The notes beneath the pieces are model-generated. The model made no database searches and was not told the origin of the DNA. It worked only from the letters and a program-made list of their open reading frames with translations. Source: Marispirochaeta sp. (GTDB lineage: Bacteria; Spirochaetota; Spirochaetia; JC444; Marispirochaetaceae). From it: DNA of 64,000 nt. The stretch covers positions 224,001-288,000 of the forward strand of contig CAXXFF010000001.1 of NCBI GenBank assembly GCA_963676835.2, written 5' to 3'. The translations under genes and the position numbers were made by a program. The number at the start of each line of letters is the position of its first letter. Positions within the stretch are counted from its first letter, which is position 1. Shown in pieces: positions 47,842-58,325 of this stretch.

Positions 47842-49055
47842 GGGTCCTCACGAAGCATTGTCTGATTTCTCTCATAGCCGACAGAAATTATTTCCACCGG
47901 TGTTCCGGTGTACTCTTCGATAAACTTGATATAAGTGCGGGCCTCTTCGGGAAGATCACCATAGCTTTTTACGGCTCCCAGAGATTTCTGCCAGCCCGTG
48001 AAATCTTTGGTAACGGGCTTTGCCTTTTCAAGATCTTCAATACGGGTGGGAAAATCAGTAACCAGCTTGCCGTCAATCTCATAGCCCGTACAAAGTGTTA
48101 CGGTATCCAGGGTGTCATACACATCAAGATGAGTAAGCACCAGAGCGTCGAGAGAGTTTGTCCTGCAGGCATATTTCAATGCAACAAGGTCAAGATATCC
48201 GCATCTCCTGGGACGTCCGGTGGTCACCCCATATTCACGGCCGGTTTCACGTACGAGATCAATTAATCCACCCTGTTCAGTTTCAGAAAACTCACTGGGA
48301 AACGGACCATTTCCTACTCTGGTGGTATAGGCTTTGAAAACACCAAGAATTTTATCAAGATCACGGGGCCCTACACCGCCGCCGAGGGCAGCTCCTGCCG
48401 CATTTGAGTATCCTGAAGAAACAAAGGGATAGGTACCGGTATCCAGGTCAAGAAGGATTCCCTGCGCACCTTCAAACAAAGCGTTCTTATCTTTATGCTC
48501 AGCCATAAAAGAAGCAATATTTATTACCATACCGCTCAAGCGTTCCTTAAAGGGTGCAAGAAACTGACGATCCTCTTCAAGCAGGCTTTCCCAGACCCTG
48601 GAATCCCAGAGATCCCCGGCTCTGACACCTTCACGCTGAGCTTTTTCCGCGTAGGCAATTCCGATACCCCGCCCGGTAGTACCGATGGGCAGTCTCCGGT
48701 GAGACTCCATTTCGACATCCATCTGCTTGTAACGGGGAAGCACAAGATGGGCACGATCGGAAATTACAACCCGTCCTTTCCACGAAACACCCTGAGTCTC
48801 CAGCATTCCCAGTTCACTGAAAAGAGCTTCTGGATCAATGACCATCCCGCTGCCGAGAACTGCTATCTTATCTTCAGAGATAACTCCGGAAGGAATAAGG
48901 TGAAGTTTATAAGTAGTATCGTCAATTACGATAGTATGACCGGCATTGGCACCGCCGGAGTAGCGTACAACAACTCCTGCTTCTCCCGACAGGAAATCTA
49001 CTATCTTACCTTTTCCCTCATCACCCCACTGAGCTCCGATTACGACTAAATTCAT
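47826..49055 (-). CDS. purA: Adenylosuccinate synthetase
   Basis: GAQWGDEGKGK, GGANAGHT, EGAQG and GVTTGRPRRCG motifs. Confidence 0.98.
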   Translation of the reverse strand: MNLVVIGAQWGDEGKGKIVDFLSGEAGVVVRYSGGANAGHTIVIDDTTYKLHLIPSGVISEDKIAVLGSGMVIDPEALFSELGMLETQGVSWKGRVVISDRAHLVLPRYKQMDVEMESHRRLPIGTTGRGIGIAYAEKAQREGVRAGDLWDSRVWESLLEEDRQFLAPFKERLSGMVINIASFMAEHKDKNALFEGAQGILLDLDTGTYPFVSSGYSNAAGAALGGGVGPRDLDKILGVFKAYTTRVGNGPFPSEFSETEQGGLIDLVRETGREYGVTTGRPRRCGYLDLVALKYACRTNSLDALVLTHLDVYDTLDTVTLCTGYEIDGKLVTDFPTRIEDLEKAKPVTKDFTGWQKSLGAVKSYGDLPEEARTYIKFIEEYTGTPVEIISVGYERNQTMLREDPWKAS

Positions 49056-49063
49056 TGTTTCCC

Positions 49064-50506
49064 CTAGTTACGCGAATAGTTCGGTGCTTCCTGTGTAATG
49101 GAAACGTCATGTGCATGACTCTCCTGAAGACCGGCGCTGGAGATCTTAACAAAATTTTGATATAAGCGCAATTCATCGATGGTTCTGCATCCGCAGTATC
49201 CCATACCCTTTTTCAGTCCCGTTACCATCTGATGAAAGAAATTTTTCAGTTCACCCTTATACGGCACCCGGCCTTCAATGCCCTCCGGCACCGGCTCTTC
49301 GTCTGCCGCCATCTGGTAGCGGTCGCCGGATCCCTGTTTGATTGAAGAAATACTGCCCATACCGCGGTACTCCTTGAACATACGGCCGTCATAGATGATC
49401 TCCCTGCCGGGGGCCTCTTTCAGGCCGGCAAACAGATTTCCGATCATAACAACACTTGCCCCGGCACAGATGGCCTTGGTGATGTCACCGGAAAATTTGA
49501 TTCCTCCGTCGGCGATAATGGGAATATCAGATTTGGCCGCCTCTTCTGCACACTCAAGCACAGCGGTAAACTGGGGAACACCTATTCCTGCAACAATTCT
49601 GGTAGTGCAGATTGAACCGGGACCAACCCCGATTTTAACCGCATCTGCACCGGCGTCTATGAGCCGTCGGGTACCTGCCGCAGTAGCGACATTACCGCCA
49701 ATAACCGCAACATGGGAGAACTCTTTTTTTATACCCTTAACGGCATCAATAACACTCTTACTGTCGCCATGGGCGGTATCAAGAACCACAAAATCAACAT
49801 TTGACTCTGAAAGCAGCGGCAGCCGTACCATCCAGTCGTTCGGAGAAACGGCTGCTCCAACAATAAGCCTTCCCCGGCCGTCTACAGCAGCATTGGGAAA
49901 GTCCTGATGCTTCTCCATATCCTTAACAGTTACCAGACCGGTGAGCTTTCCATTCTTATCCACCACCGGAAGCTTCTCTATTTTATGGGCATCAAACTTG
50001 GCCTGAGCACTTTCAGGAGTAGGTTCACCGGTTTCAACAACAGGATCCGCAGTCATCACATCTGCCACTTTGAGCATATCATCCTGACAGAACCTCAAAT
50101 CGCGACCGGTAATAATTCCTTTTAAAATACCTTTTTCATCAACCACTGGAAGTCCGGAAACCCGGTTCCGTGATGTTTTACGTTTTACCTCTGCTATAGT
50201 ATCATCGGGATGTACGGTTACCGGGTTTTCTATAACCCAGTTCAGATAACGCTTGACCGCACTCACATGACTGGCCTGCTCTTCCGGAGACAGATTCCGG
50301 TGTATAACTCCGGCACCGCCCTGCAGGGCAATAGCAATTGCCATACGCTTCTCGGTAACCGTATCCATTGCGGCGGATATAATAGGCGCCTGAAGGGTTA
50401 TAGATCCGGCAAGTCTGGTGGTAACCCGGGCTTCACCCGGAAGAAAATCGGCATACGAGGGAACAAGAAGAACATCATCGTAACTGAGGGATTCCTTGAA
50501 TTCCAT
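49064..50506 (-). CDS. guaB: IMP dehydrogenase (with CBS pair)
   Basis: [30 protein letters not shown] and PEGIEG motifs. Confidence 0.98.
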   Translation of the reverse strand: MEFKESLSYDDVLLVPSYADFLPGEARVTTRLAGSITLQAPIISAAMDTVTEKRMAIAIALQGGAGVIHRNLSPEEQASHVSAVKRYLNWVIENPVTVHPDDTIAEVKRKTSRNRVSGLPVVDEKGILKGIITGRDLRFCQDDMLKVADVMTADPVVETGEPTPESAQAKFDAHKIEKLPVVDKNGKLTGLVTVKDMEKHQDFPNAAVDGRGRLIVGAAVSPNDWMVRLPLLSESNVDFVVLDTAHGDSKSVIDAVKGIKKEFSHVAVIGGNVATAAGTRRLIDAGADAVKIGVGPGSICTTRIVAGIGVPQFTAVLECAEEAAKSDIPIIADGGIKFSGDITKAICAGASVVMIGNLFAGLKEAPGREIIYDGRMFKEYRGMGSISSIKQGSGDRYQMAADEEPVPEGIEGRVPYKGELKNFFHQMVTGLKKGMGYCGCRTIDELRLYQNFVKISSAGLQESHAHDVSITQEAPNYSRN

Positions 50507-50508
50507 GA

Positions 50509-51933
50509 CTATTTCATTACTCCTGTTAGATCCATATCGCTGTATCGGGCCGCGATCTCTTCAGCTTTCTTGACTGCAATTCCCCGATACTGTTCCTGGT
50601 GAGCGAAAAACTCGTCCGCAGAAGGCAGTCCCACCGATTTAAGTGAAGCACTGATCATTTCTGATGTAGATGGATCCTCTGCAATCGCTTTCGCAAGGGT
50701 TATACCTTCATTTTCACAGCGGAGAGTCAGCTGTTTAATAATCTCATGGGCGTCCGACTCACCCGCCGCGGCAAGCAGAATATAGGCTGCCTCTGCCAGA
50801 ACAAGATCTCCCGATGCTTTTATATTCTGCATCATGACATTCTCATTAACATGCAGACTGTCGAGGACTTTATACATTCGTGCCACAGCAGCTGCAAAAC
50901 CGGTAAGATAATCCGCAATAAAACGCATAGAAGCGGAATTGCTGAGATCCCTCTGATGTTCGGAGATCTGGTCCATGTAAAAGGTCATAACCCGGGGAGC
51001 AAATGCCTTCCAGAGACTTTTTACATGCTCTGAATTCCAGGGATTTCTCTTCTGGGGCATGGTGGATGAACCAACCTGTGAACTGGTAAAAAGCTCTCTT
51101 ACCTCATTCAGTTCGGAACGCTGCAGATGCCTGAGATCATCAGCCAGATTTGCAAGGATTCCAAAGGCAACATTTACTTCCAGCAGCAGCCTGAGCAGAT
51201 ATTCAGGTTCAACCATCTGGGTTGACGTTTCGGATGGTTTAAGCCCCAGGGATGCCAGGATTTCCGCCTCGAAGGCTTCCGGATCGGCGGTCAGCAGCGC
51301 AGTTGAGTTATATGAACCCACTGCACCGGCAATCTTTCCACGGAGATCCGCCGAATATTCAGCAATTTTAAGGATTGATTTACCGAGTCTGGAGGCATAT
51401 TCAGCCATGGCAAAACCAAAGGTTATGGGGACCGCATGTTGTCCATGGGTTCTGCCGACCTGAGGAACCGAGGCGTTCTCCCGGCAAAGCTGTACAAGCT
51501 TCTCTTCCACCTTTTTAAGCTGAGGCAGAATAACCTGCTGCACACTGTCCCGCATACGCATGGACTGAGCGGTGTCCAGAATATCAACAGAGGTGGTACC
51601 GAGATGAACGTACGGAGCAGTTTCTGCAGGTACCTTTTTTTTCAGTACATTCACCAGGGCACGGATATTATGCTGGGTTTTTTCTTCTTCTTCGTAAACT
51701 TCGGCGGGACTTACAGTTTCTTCTACTGAATCAAGGGCTCTAATAAGATCAGCCCGTCCGTCAAGACTCAGGTTTACATGGCTTTTAAGCAGGGCGATCT
51801 CGACTTTAATACAGTACATGATCGATGCTTCTTCGCTGAGATAGTTGGTCAGATTGTCAAACAGTTCGCGATTTGCGAGATAATAACGGTGGTCCAGGGG
51901 GGACAAATTATGAAAAATGCTTCTCTCTTCCAT
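50509..51933 (-). CDS. purB: Adenylosuccinate lyase
   Basis: SPLDHRY, HLGTTSVD, GRTHGQHA and GSSTMPQKRNP; purine operon context. Confidence 0.92.
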   Translation of the reverse strand: MEERSIFHNLSPLDHRYYLANRELFDNLTNYLSEEASIMYCIKVEIALLKSHVNLSLDGRADLIRALDSVEETVSPAEVYEEEEKTQHNIRALVNVLKKKVPAETAPYVHLGTTSVDILDTAQSMRMRDSVQQVILPQLKKVEEKLVQLCRENASVPQVGRTHGQHAVPITFGFAMAEYASRLGKSILKIAEYSADLRGKIAGAVGSYNSTALLTADPEAFEAEILASLGLKPSETSTQMVEPEYLLRLLLEVNVAFGILANLADDLRHLQRSELNEVRELFTSSQVGSSTMPQKRNPWNSEHVKSLWKAFAPRVMTFYMDQISEHQRDLSNSASMRFIADYLTGFAAAVARMYKVLDSLHVNENVMMQNIKASGDLVLAEAAYILLAAAGESDAHEIIKQLTLRCENEGITLAKAIAEDPSTSEMISASLKSVGLPSADEFFAHQEQYRGIAVKKAEEIAARYSDMDLTGVMK

Positions 51934-52009
51934 ACGCTACTATGCCAGAATCGTTCCGGGTTTGTCAAAGCCCGGTGGCCCAGATAGGCTTAATTTGTTA
52001 CACTCAGGT

Positions 52010-53908
52010 ATGGAAAAATACGGGAAAATTCTGAAGAAAGCCTTAGATGCCGGGCGTCAGCGTGATTATCAGGGCGCCATTAAGCTTTTAAACCAGGTAA
52101 TCACAGAATCGGATGAATACCCCCAGGCCTATCTTTATATAGGCAGAAGCTACCATGCCCTCGGTGAATATCACCGGGCGGTTATCTATCTGCAGTTTTT
52201 CTGCCGAATGAACCCCGACTCCTCTGCGGCCAACTTTTTCCTCGGCCGCGCTTATCTTGCCGCCGGTATCCCGGCCAAAGCTCTTCCTCATCTGGAAAGA
52301 GCGGTGGAAACCGGCTCCAATTCCAAACCGCTCATTCTTCTTGGTCTTGCATGTCTGAAAGTAAAGGAATTCAGTTCTGCCGTAACATACCTCGGCCGGG
52401 CAGTAGAAATGGAACCAGAGAACCGCGGCGTGTACACTGCCTATCTTAATGCCCTGTATGTTCATGCACTGAGAAGATTTAATTCCGGAGATTTCGATCT
52501 GGCCGGGCAAATCCTTGCGTTCCTGTCAAACCTGGATCTCAACTCAGTGAGCATCCATCTTTATCTGGCAAAAATTCTCAGAGAACAGAACGATTTCACC
52601 GGAGCAGCCCTGCAGTACTCTAAAGCCGCAACTCTCGAGCCTGATGATGAACTTATTCAGCTGCAGCTTGCTGATTGTCTCAATTCTACAGGGAAAACAG
52701 CTGAAGCAGAAAAAATCCTTAATAATATTCGCTCAACCCTGCCTGGAGGAGAAGGTTTTTCCCTGGGAGAAGAAAATGTCGATCCCCTGCTCGCGGTGCG
52801 CAATTTTCAGGAAAGCAATTTTCGCAAAGCGGTTTTCCACGGCTGCCGCGCATTAAAACACCGGAGAGATGCGGACATGCACCTTCTTGTAGGAGAGTCC
52901 TACAGAAATATAGGCAGCCTGTCAAAAGCTGAAAATCATTTTAATCAGGTACTCAAAGGAAACCCCAACAGCAGTGAAGCCCAGATGGGGCTTGCCATGA
53001 CCGAATGGCAGAGGGGAAACTATGAAGGGGTTATCAGCCACCTCACTCCCCTCCTCAAAGATCAACGTTACAGCAACCTCTCACGATACTATATTGTTCT
53101 GAGTAAATGCCGGCTGGACTTTCCTGCGGAAGAAATGCTTGCGGCGGTTATTCAGGAAGTTCGGGATAATGGTCCGGATCAGTACCTGCTCACCGCTCTG
53201 GGAGATCAGTACGTTAGAAACAGCATGCCGGAGTTGGCGGTTAAATGGTATCAGAAATCACTGGTACTTAATCCCGAAAATACCCCGGCAAAAGAGGGTC
53301 TAAGCGTCTGTTACCGGAGCATGGGAGACACTGAGAACCTTATATCCCTGTTACGTGAGATTCTTGAAAAGGATAATACCAACATCCCCGTTATTGTACA
53401 GCTTGTAGATCTCCTGTACGAAGAAGAGTTCTACCATGAAGCTGCCGCAGAGGCGGAACGCCTGCTGGGACTGACAGAACTGAACACCCGACTGCAGCGC
53501 CTCCTTGCTATCTGTTATAGAAAAACCGGACGATATCGCGATGCAGCGGTAATTTACCGGGAACTGCTGAAAGAGGAGCCTGAAAGTGAAGTATTCCTCC
53601 GGTCCCTACTTTTCTGCCTTGATAAATGCAGAAGAAGAAAGCAGGCACTTGAATTGCTCGAAAAAGCCATGGAATATCTGAAAAAACCAAGTGCCTCTCT
53701 GCACCTTATCCATGGGGTATTTCTGCATAAAGAAAAAAATATAGAAAAAGCACTGGCAGCATTCCGCTCTGCAATGGACAGGGCGCCAAAAGACTGGAGA
53801 CCTTATTATAATATTGGCCGGGTTTATGAGGAAAAAGATATGAAGTCGTTTGCGGCAAAGTTTTTCAAGAAGGCGGAAGAACTTAAGATTTCAGAAAAAC
53901 GTGCTTGA
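52010..53908 (+). CDS. Multi-TPR protein
   Basis: Many TPR repeats (AYLYIGRSYHALGEY; PYYNIGRVYEEK); start at MEKYG inferred to avoid overlap with purB. Confidence 0.85.
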   Translation: MEKYGKILKKALDAGRQRDYQGAIKLLNQVITESDEYPQAYLYIGRSYHALGEYHRAVIYLQFFCRMNPDSSAANFFLGRAYLAAGIPAKALPHLERAVETGSNSKPLILLGLACLKVKEFSSAVTYLGRAVEMEPENRGVYTAYLNALYVHALRRFNSGDFDLAGQILAFLSNLDLNSVSIHLYLAKILREQNDFTGAALQYSKAATLEPDDELIQLQLADCLNSTGKTAEAEKILNNIRSTLPGGEGFSLGEENVDPLLAVRNFQESNFRKAVFHGCRALKHRRDADMHLLVGESYRNIGSLSKAENHFNQVLKGNPNSSEAQMGLAMTEWQRGNYEGVISHLTPLLKDQRYSNLSRYYIVLSKCRLDFPAEEMLAAVIQEVRDNGPDQYLLTALGDQYVRNSMPELAVKWYQKSLVLNPENTPAKEGLSVCYRSMGDTENLISLLREILEKDNTNIPVIVQLVDLLYEEEFYHEAAAEAERLLGLTELNTRLQRLLAICYRKTGRYRDAAVIYRELLKEEPESEVFLRSLLFCLDKCRRRKQALELLEKAMEYLKKPSASLHLIHGVFLHKEKNIEKALAAFRSAMDRAPKDWRPYYNIGRVYEEKDMKSFAAKFFKKAEELKISEKRA

Positions 53909-53932
53909 TATTTTCATTTCGATACTTATACT
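53905..53932 (+). promoter_or_regulatory. Sigma70-like promoter for the 181-aa gene
   Basis: TTGATA, 16 bp spacer, TATACT, followed by a strong AGGAGGAG RBS. Confidence 0.55.
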
Positions 53933-53949
53933 AGACACAGGAGGAGTAT

Positions 53950-54495
53950 ATGGCCGTCAAAGCTCTTGATCTTTTTCAAGCCTATGCCGAAGGAAAACTG
54001 CCTACGGATGGCGGATTTATTATTTCATCATTTTTTGACAGGAACTCTGCTTATTCTATCTACGAAGTTGTTGCCTATAATGCAGTTAAGAATATCTATC
54101 TCGGTGGAGACGGACTAACGTTTCAGACCGACGGCTGTAAACTCTTTGTCCTGGCAGAACCACCAAATTATTCCGAAAAACATGTTGAACCCTACGTGAG
54201 GAAAATGAACTATCAGATCCCTCACCGTTTCAGTGAAGTTGAAATCCTTACTGCTAAAAATCAGACAAAAATAATGGTCAGCAAAGAACCGACCATGACT
54301 TATGGTTCTTTTACCATTCTCAAACCTACAGGAATCAACTTTGCTCTATGCGTTTTTAATACGCCGGATGTTAACAGTACTATGGAATTTTTCTTTACAG
54401 AAACTCTGAACAAAGAAGCAGGCATCCCTAAACTCGACGCGAAGAAAGCAGCTGCTCTTGTTGTTGAAGGTATTAAAAAGTTCTCTATTTTCTAA
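53950..54495 (+). CDS. Hypothetical cytoplasmic protein (181 aa)
   Basis: Clean ORF with strong RBS, candidate promoter and downstream terminator; no recognisable family. Confidence 0.8.
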   Translation: MAVKALDLFQAYAEGKLPTDGGFIISSFFDRNSAYSIYEVVAYNAVKNIYLGGDGLTFQTDGCKLFVLAEPPNYSEKHVEPYVRKMNYQIPHRFSEVEILTAKNQTKIMVSKEPTMTYGSFTILKPTGINFALCVFNTPDVNSTMEFFFTETLNKEAGIPKLDAKKAAALVVEGIKKFSIF

Positions 54496-54551
54496 CATAT
54501 TCAGTTTACTGTAACTATTTTTCAATGAATGATAGTGCCTTTACGGGCAAT

Positions 54552-54589
54552 AAAAAACCGCCGGATTTACTGTTATCCCGGCGGTTTTT
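54552..54589. terminator. Bidirectional intrinsic terminator between convergent genes
   Basis: AAAAAACCGCCGG...CCGGCGGTTTTT stem with A and T tails on both sides. Confidence 0.85.
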
Positions 54590-54612
54590 AATTTTTATAC
54601 CGATTACCTGTA

Positions 54613-57264
54613 CTATTTTGAAGCGCCTTCTTTTTCGAGCTCAAGCTGTGCTACAGCAAGCATTGCAATTGGAACGCTATAAACAGAACAGGATACATAA
54701 TCCAGACCGGAATCCATACAAAAGCTGATATTTTCGGGTATTGCACCATGCTCACCGCAGAGACCTTTTTTAAGCCCCGGCCGTGTCATAACGCCCCTGC
54801 GCACCGCTGCCTGAATAAGCTCTTTTACATTCTTGTCCAGCTCCTGAAACGGATTCCCGCTGAGAATATCAAACTGCGTGTAATCGGGCATAAAGGAGTT
54901 GAAGTCATCCCGGCTTAAGCCAAGGGTTGTCTGGGTCAGGTCGTTAGTACCAAAAGAGAAGAACTCGGCGTACCGTGCTATTTCCCCGGCACTCAAAGCA
55001 GCAGCGGGAAGTTCAATCATGGTGCCGATTTTGTAGCCGATCTCTTTACCGCCCTGTGCTTTTCTTACCTCATCGGCAATGGTATTCAGCCCTTCGTATG
55101 AATCACCTTCTATCTTTTTTCCGTAGACAATAAGTTTAAGTTCGTCTGCGTTCATAATCAGGGGAATCATAATTTCAGGCAGCACTGTAACCTTATCTTT
55201 TTGAAGAGCATATGCAGCCTCAAAAATAGCTTCCACCTGCATACGATAAATCTCAGGGTAAGAGACAGCAATACGGCAGCCCCGATGACCAAGCATCGGG
55301 TTGAACTCACGCATGCCTTCACAGAGAGATTTAACCTCTTTTTTTGTCACCTTGGCATACTTGGCCTGACTTTTAAGATAATCAATAAAGTGATCCATCT
55401 CTGCATCGTTATGAGGCAGAAATTCGTGAAGCGGAGCATCCAGCAGCCGAATGGTAACTTCCTTACCATCCATGGCACGAAAAATACCGGTAAAATCATC
55501 CACCTGCATTTTTTTCAGTTTTTTTAGCGCACTGCTTCTGCCGGCGGCACTATCTGAAATAATCAGTTCACGAAAAACATTTATCCTCTTTTCATCAAAG
55601 AACATATGTTCTGTACGACACAGTCCAATACCCTGGGCACCGAAACGTACGGCAAGCTCAGCATCTTTGGGATTATCTGCATTAACACGAACATGAAAAT
55701 CTTTTGTATACTTTTTTACAATATCAATATACTCAAGCAGCCCTGAACCTTCCGGTGAAGGTTCGATCAACTTTGCCTTTCCGATATAAACTGATGCATC
55801 TCCGTAATGAGGAACGTTAAGGGTCAGATAGTCGCCCTCCTTAATGGATACCCCATCGATAACAGCCTTGTTCCCGTTTATTTTCATCTCCGGCTTAACC
55901 AGAGAGACTTTTCCATACTGGCGGGCAACGACAGATGCATGAGCACTGTATCCTCCCTCACAGGAAAGAACACCGGTAGCAACTTCTATGGCTTTAACAT
56001 CTTCTGCAAATGTCGCAGGCATACACAGAATAAACTGCGTATCGATTCCATCCAGTTGAGCGCTCTTATACGCTTCAAGCAACCCTTCGGTGGTGAAATA
56101 TACCTTACCAATGGCAGCTCCCGGCGCACCGGATATTCCGCCGGTGAGCTCTTTGAAATCAGTGATCGATTTGAGATCTACCACGGGATGCAGTATTTCA
56201 TTCAGCTGTCCCGGTTTAATATTGCGGATAATGTATTCATCATCCACTACCTTGCGCCGATTAAGATCGAGCAGGGTCTGAATATCTGCCTGAGTAGATT
56301 TCGTCATTAATGGTCTCTGCTCAATGAGCCATACTTTTTTGTTTTCAATGGTAAACCTTATAAAACGTATTTCCTTAAAATGGTCTTCAACAGTTTTGGC
56401 AATTTTCTGCAGCTCTTTCAGAAAACCCGGTCCGATCTTGTTTATGTCTTTACCTTCAGTGTCAATGGTATCGAACTCATTCTGATTAAACCAACCTTGA
56501 AGCTGATCATTACCTGTAACAATATCCCGGGTATAAAAACTACCGGAAGAACTGTCTTTTCCATAGTTTCCGTAAACCATGGGCTGTACAAGAATTGCTG
56601 CGTCTTCATCGTCTAAATCATCAAGCTTAAGCATGAGGCTGATTCGCTTGAGGGCAATTTCAGTCTGCTCAAGACCGCTGGCAAAAAACTCTTCCGGAAG
56701 CAGAGTACGATGTTTCTGAAATGCCTTTTTTAAAGCATCAACACCGGCTTTACCTTTCAGCACTTCCTTAAGTTCTTTAATGGCATCTTCAAACTTCTTT
56801 TTATCCTTATCCCGTTCTTCCAGTTCCGCAATTTTTAACTCTATTTCAAGAAATCCGTGCAGCATAAAAAGAATTTCATGATATCCGAATTTTTCACCTA
56901 CATACTTACAAAATCCAGGAATAGTTTTCTCTGTAAGTCCAAAATTGTGGAGCGTCGGGTAATGAACTATGGCAAGGTTCGGGCTTATAACAAATTTCAA
57001 AAGAAGAGGGTTTTCCGGATCATCAAACTTCTTATTGACTACATCCTCAAACTTTTTGAGGTACTGCTTTGCCTCGCTTTTCAGGTCGACACTTTGAAGA
57101 TGCGCAGCTATTTCAGCATCAATGATAATGCCCGGAAGAATAGGCAGATCAAGGGAAGCAAACTCAAGGGCCTGTTTTCCCCGTAAACCGGCTTTATCCA
57201 TAACCTGCGAGTTTGCTGATCGTACTCCGGGTCCGAAATATTGAATATTTTTATTGGCAGCCAT
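54613..57264 (-). CDS. Pyruvate phosphate dikinase-like protein with degenerate nucleotide-binding domain (PEP-utilising enzyme)
   Basis: PPDK three-domain layout; phospho-His GGYSAHASVVAR; PEP domain GLCRTEHMF, IRLLD, NPMLGHRGCR, MIE, GTNDLTQ, GLCGEHG; N-terminal ATP motifs altered. Confidence 0.9.
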   Translation of the reverse strand: MAANKNIQYFGPGVRSANSQVMDKAGLRGKQALEFASLDLPILPGIIIDAEIAAHLQSVDLKSEAKQYLKKFEDVVNKKFDDPENPLLLKFVISPNLAIVHYPTLHNFGLTEKTIPGFCKYVGEKFGYHEILFMLHGFLEIELKIAELEERDKDKKKFEDAIKELKEVLKGKAGVDALKKAFQKHRTLLPEEFFASGLEQTEIALKRISLMLKLDDLDDEDAAILVQPMVYGNYGKDSSSGSFYTRDIVTGNDQLQGWFNQNEFDTIDTEGKDINKIGPGFLKELQKIAKTVEDHFKEIRFIRFTIENKKVWLIEQRPLMTKSTQADIQTLLDLNRRKVVDDEYIIRNIKPGQLNEILHPVVDLKSITDFKELTGGISGAPGAAIGKVYFTTEGLLEAYKSAQLDGIDTQFILCMPATFAEDVKAIEVATGVLSCEGGYSAHASVVARQYGKVSLVKPEMKINGNKAVIDGVSIKEGDYLTLNVPHYGDASVYIGKAKLIEPSPEGSGLLEYIDIVKKYTKDFHVRVNADNPKDAELAVRFGAQGIGLCRTEHMFFDEKRINVFRELIISDSAAGRSSALKKLKKMQVDDFTGIFRAMDGKEVTIRLLDAPLHEFLPHNDAEMDHFIDYLKSQAKYAKVTKKEVKSLCEGMREFNPMLGHRGCRIAVSYPEIYRMQVEAIFEAAYALQKDKVTVLPEIMIPLIMNADELKLIVYGKKIEGDSYEGLNTIADEVRKAQGGKEIGYKIGTMIELPAAALSAGEIARYAEFFSFGTNDLTQTTLGLSRDDFNSFMPDYTQFDILSGNPFQELDKNVKELIQAAVRRGVMTRPGLKKGLCGEHGAIPENISFCMDSGLDYVSCSVYSVPIAMLAVAQLELEKEGASK

Positions 57265-57289
57265 TGTTACTTCCTTTCACTTATCATGT

Positions 57290-58300
57290 TTAGAACAGAT
57301 TCAATACGGTGTTGACCGGGAATCTTAGAAAATCTTCAAACCTCGGGCTTGCACCCTGCCGAAGATAACGCTGGAGTTTGGCAACATCCTTGATATCTTC
57401 TCCTGCCACAGCGAACACAATGGTACTGCCATGTTTAACTTTGCCCCATTTAAACAGGGCGTGGATATCGTGAATTCGCTCGCCTTCATAAAAAATAAAG
57501 ACATCAAGCCCCGGATGTTTTGCTTTATAACTCTGTATTATTCTTTTCCAGGCTTCAACATTTCCATTATGAAAAAGTTCATTGCTTACTGGAACAGAAT
57601 AGAGAGGGGTCATACGTTTTTTTGCACCCGAAGACTCTGCAGGAGCGGCTTCCTCTCTTACAGGTTCATTCTTTTTAACCGCGGGGCGCCCACGGCGGGG
57701 CTGGCGTGTTTTGCGTGCAGGAGTGCTTTTCTGTTCAGAAACCGCTTTTTTGGGTTTAGTCCATTTAAAAGTACCGTTCAGGAGTACAGCCGGGCTTTTG
57801 GCAGGTTTGTTATTCAGGAAATTGATGAGGGTTTCTGCTGCTTTGAGAGCAACTTTACCATCAACCCCCTTCTCAAGACCTCCGGCATATACAGTTACCA
57901 GTTCATTTTTGCGCAGGTTTCCGGCGGCTTCCCACTGTTCAATGGATTTAGGATTAATTACCTGTAAACCAAGTTCGGGATGAATGTAAGTTAATACCAG
58001 ATCAACCGCATTCCAGGTTTTAACTGCTTCGCAAAGTTCATCAAAGGAGTCCACCGTTTGAAGCATATTATTTGAGCTGCAGATATATTCATATTTGTCC
58101 ACAAGCAAAGCATAAATTATCGGACTAACCTGATTTTGAGAAATGGACCCGTCACTTATACCTTCGTTGAGGACATCCGCCAAATTGCGCTTAGACTGTA
58201 TTTCGGGGATAATATTGGCTACTGCCTGAAAATGACCGAGGGAGGAATTAAATCCGTCACGAGTATAAAAATGTTCAAAGGCGTGCTGTAATGTTCCCAT
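57290..58300 (-). CDS. Conserved hypothetical protein with a basic linker (RGRP) and a C-terminal HPr-like domain
   Basis: Start MGTLQH (AGGA RBS); C-terminal ~90 aa align by eye with the HPr pattern (VSNELFH...VKHGSTIVFAVAGED). Confidence 0.75.
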   Translation of the reverse strand: MGTLQHAFEHFYTRDGFNSSLGHFQAVANIIPEIQSKRNLADVLNEGISDGSISQNQVSPIIYALLVDKYEYICSSNNMLQTVDSFDELCEAVKTWNAVDLVLTYIHPELGLQVINPKSIEQWEAAGNLRKNELVTVYAGGLEKGVDGKVALKAAETLINFLNNKPAKSPAVLLNGTFKWTKPKKAVSEQKSTPARKTRQPRRGRPAVKKNEPVREEAAPAESSGAKKRMTPLYSVPVSNELFHNGNVEAWKRIIQSYKAKHPGLDVFIFYEGERIHDIHALFKWGKVKHGSTIVFAVAGEDIKDVAKLQRYLRQGASPRFEDFLRFPVNTVLNLF

Positions 58301-58325
58301 ATTGCTTCCTTTTTTAGAAATACCG

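Noticed and set aside
51917..52009. Apparent head-to-head overlap of purB and the TPR gene
   Set aside because: An ORF-caller extension; the likelier start is ATG 52010, leaving a normal divergent intergenic region.
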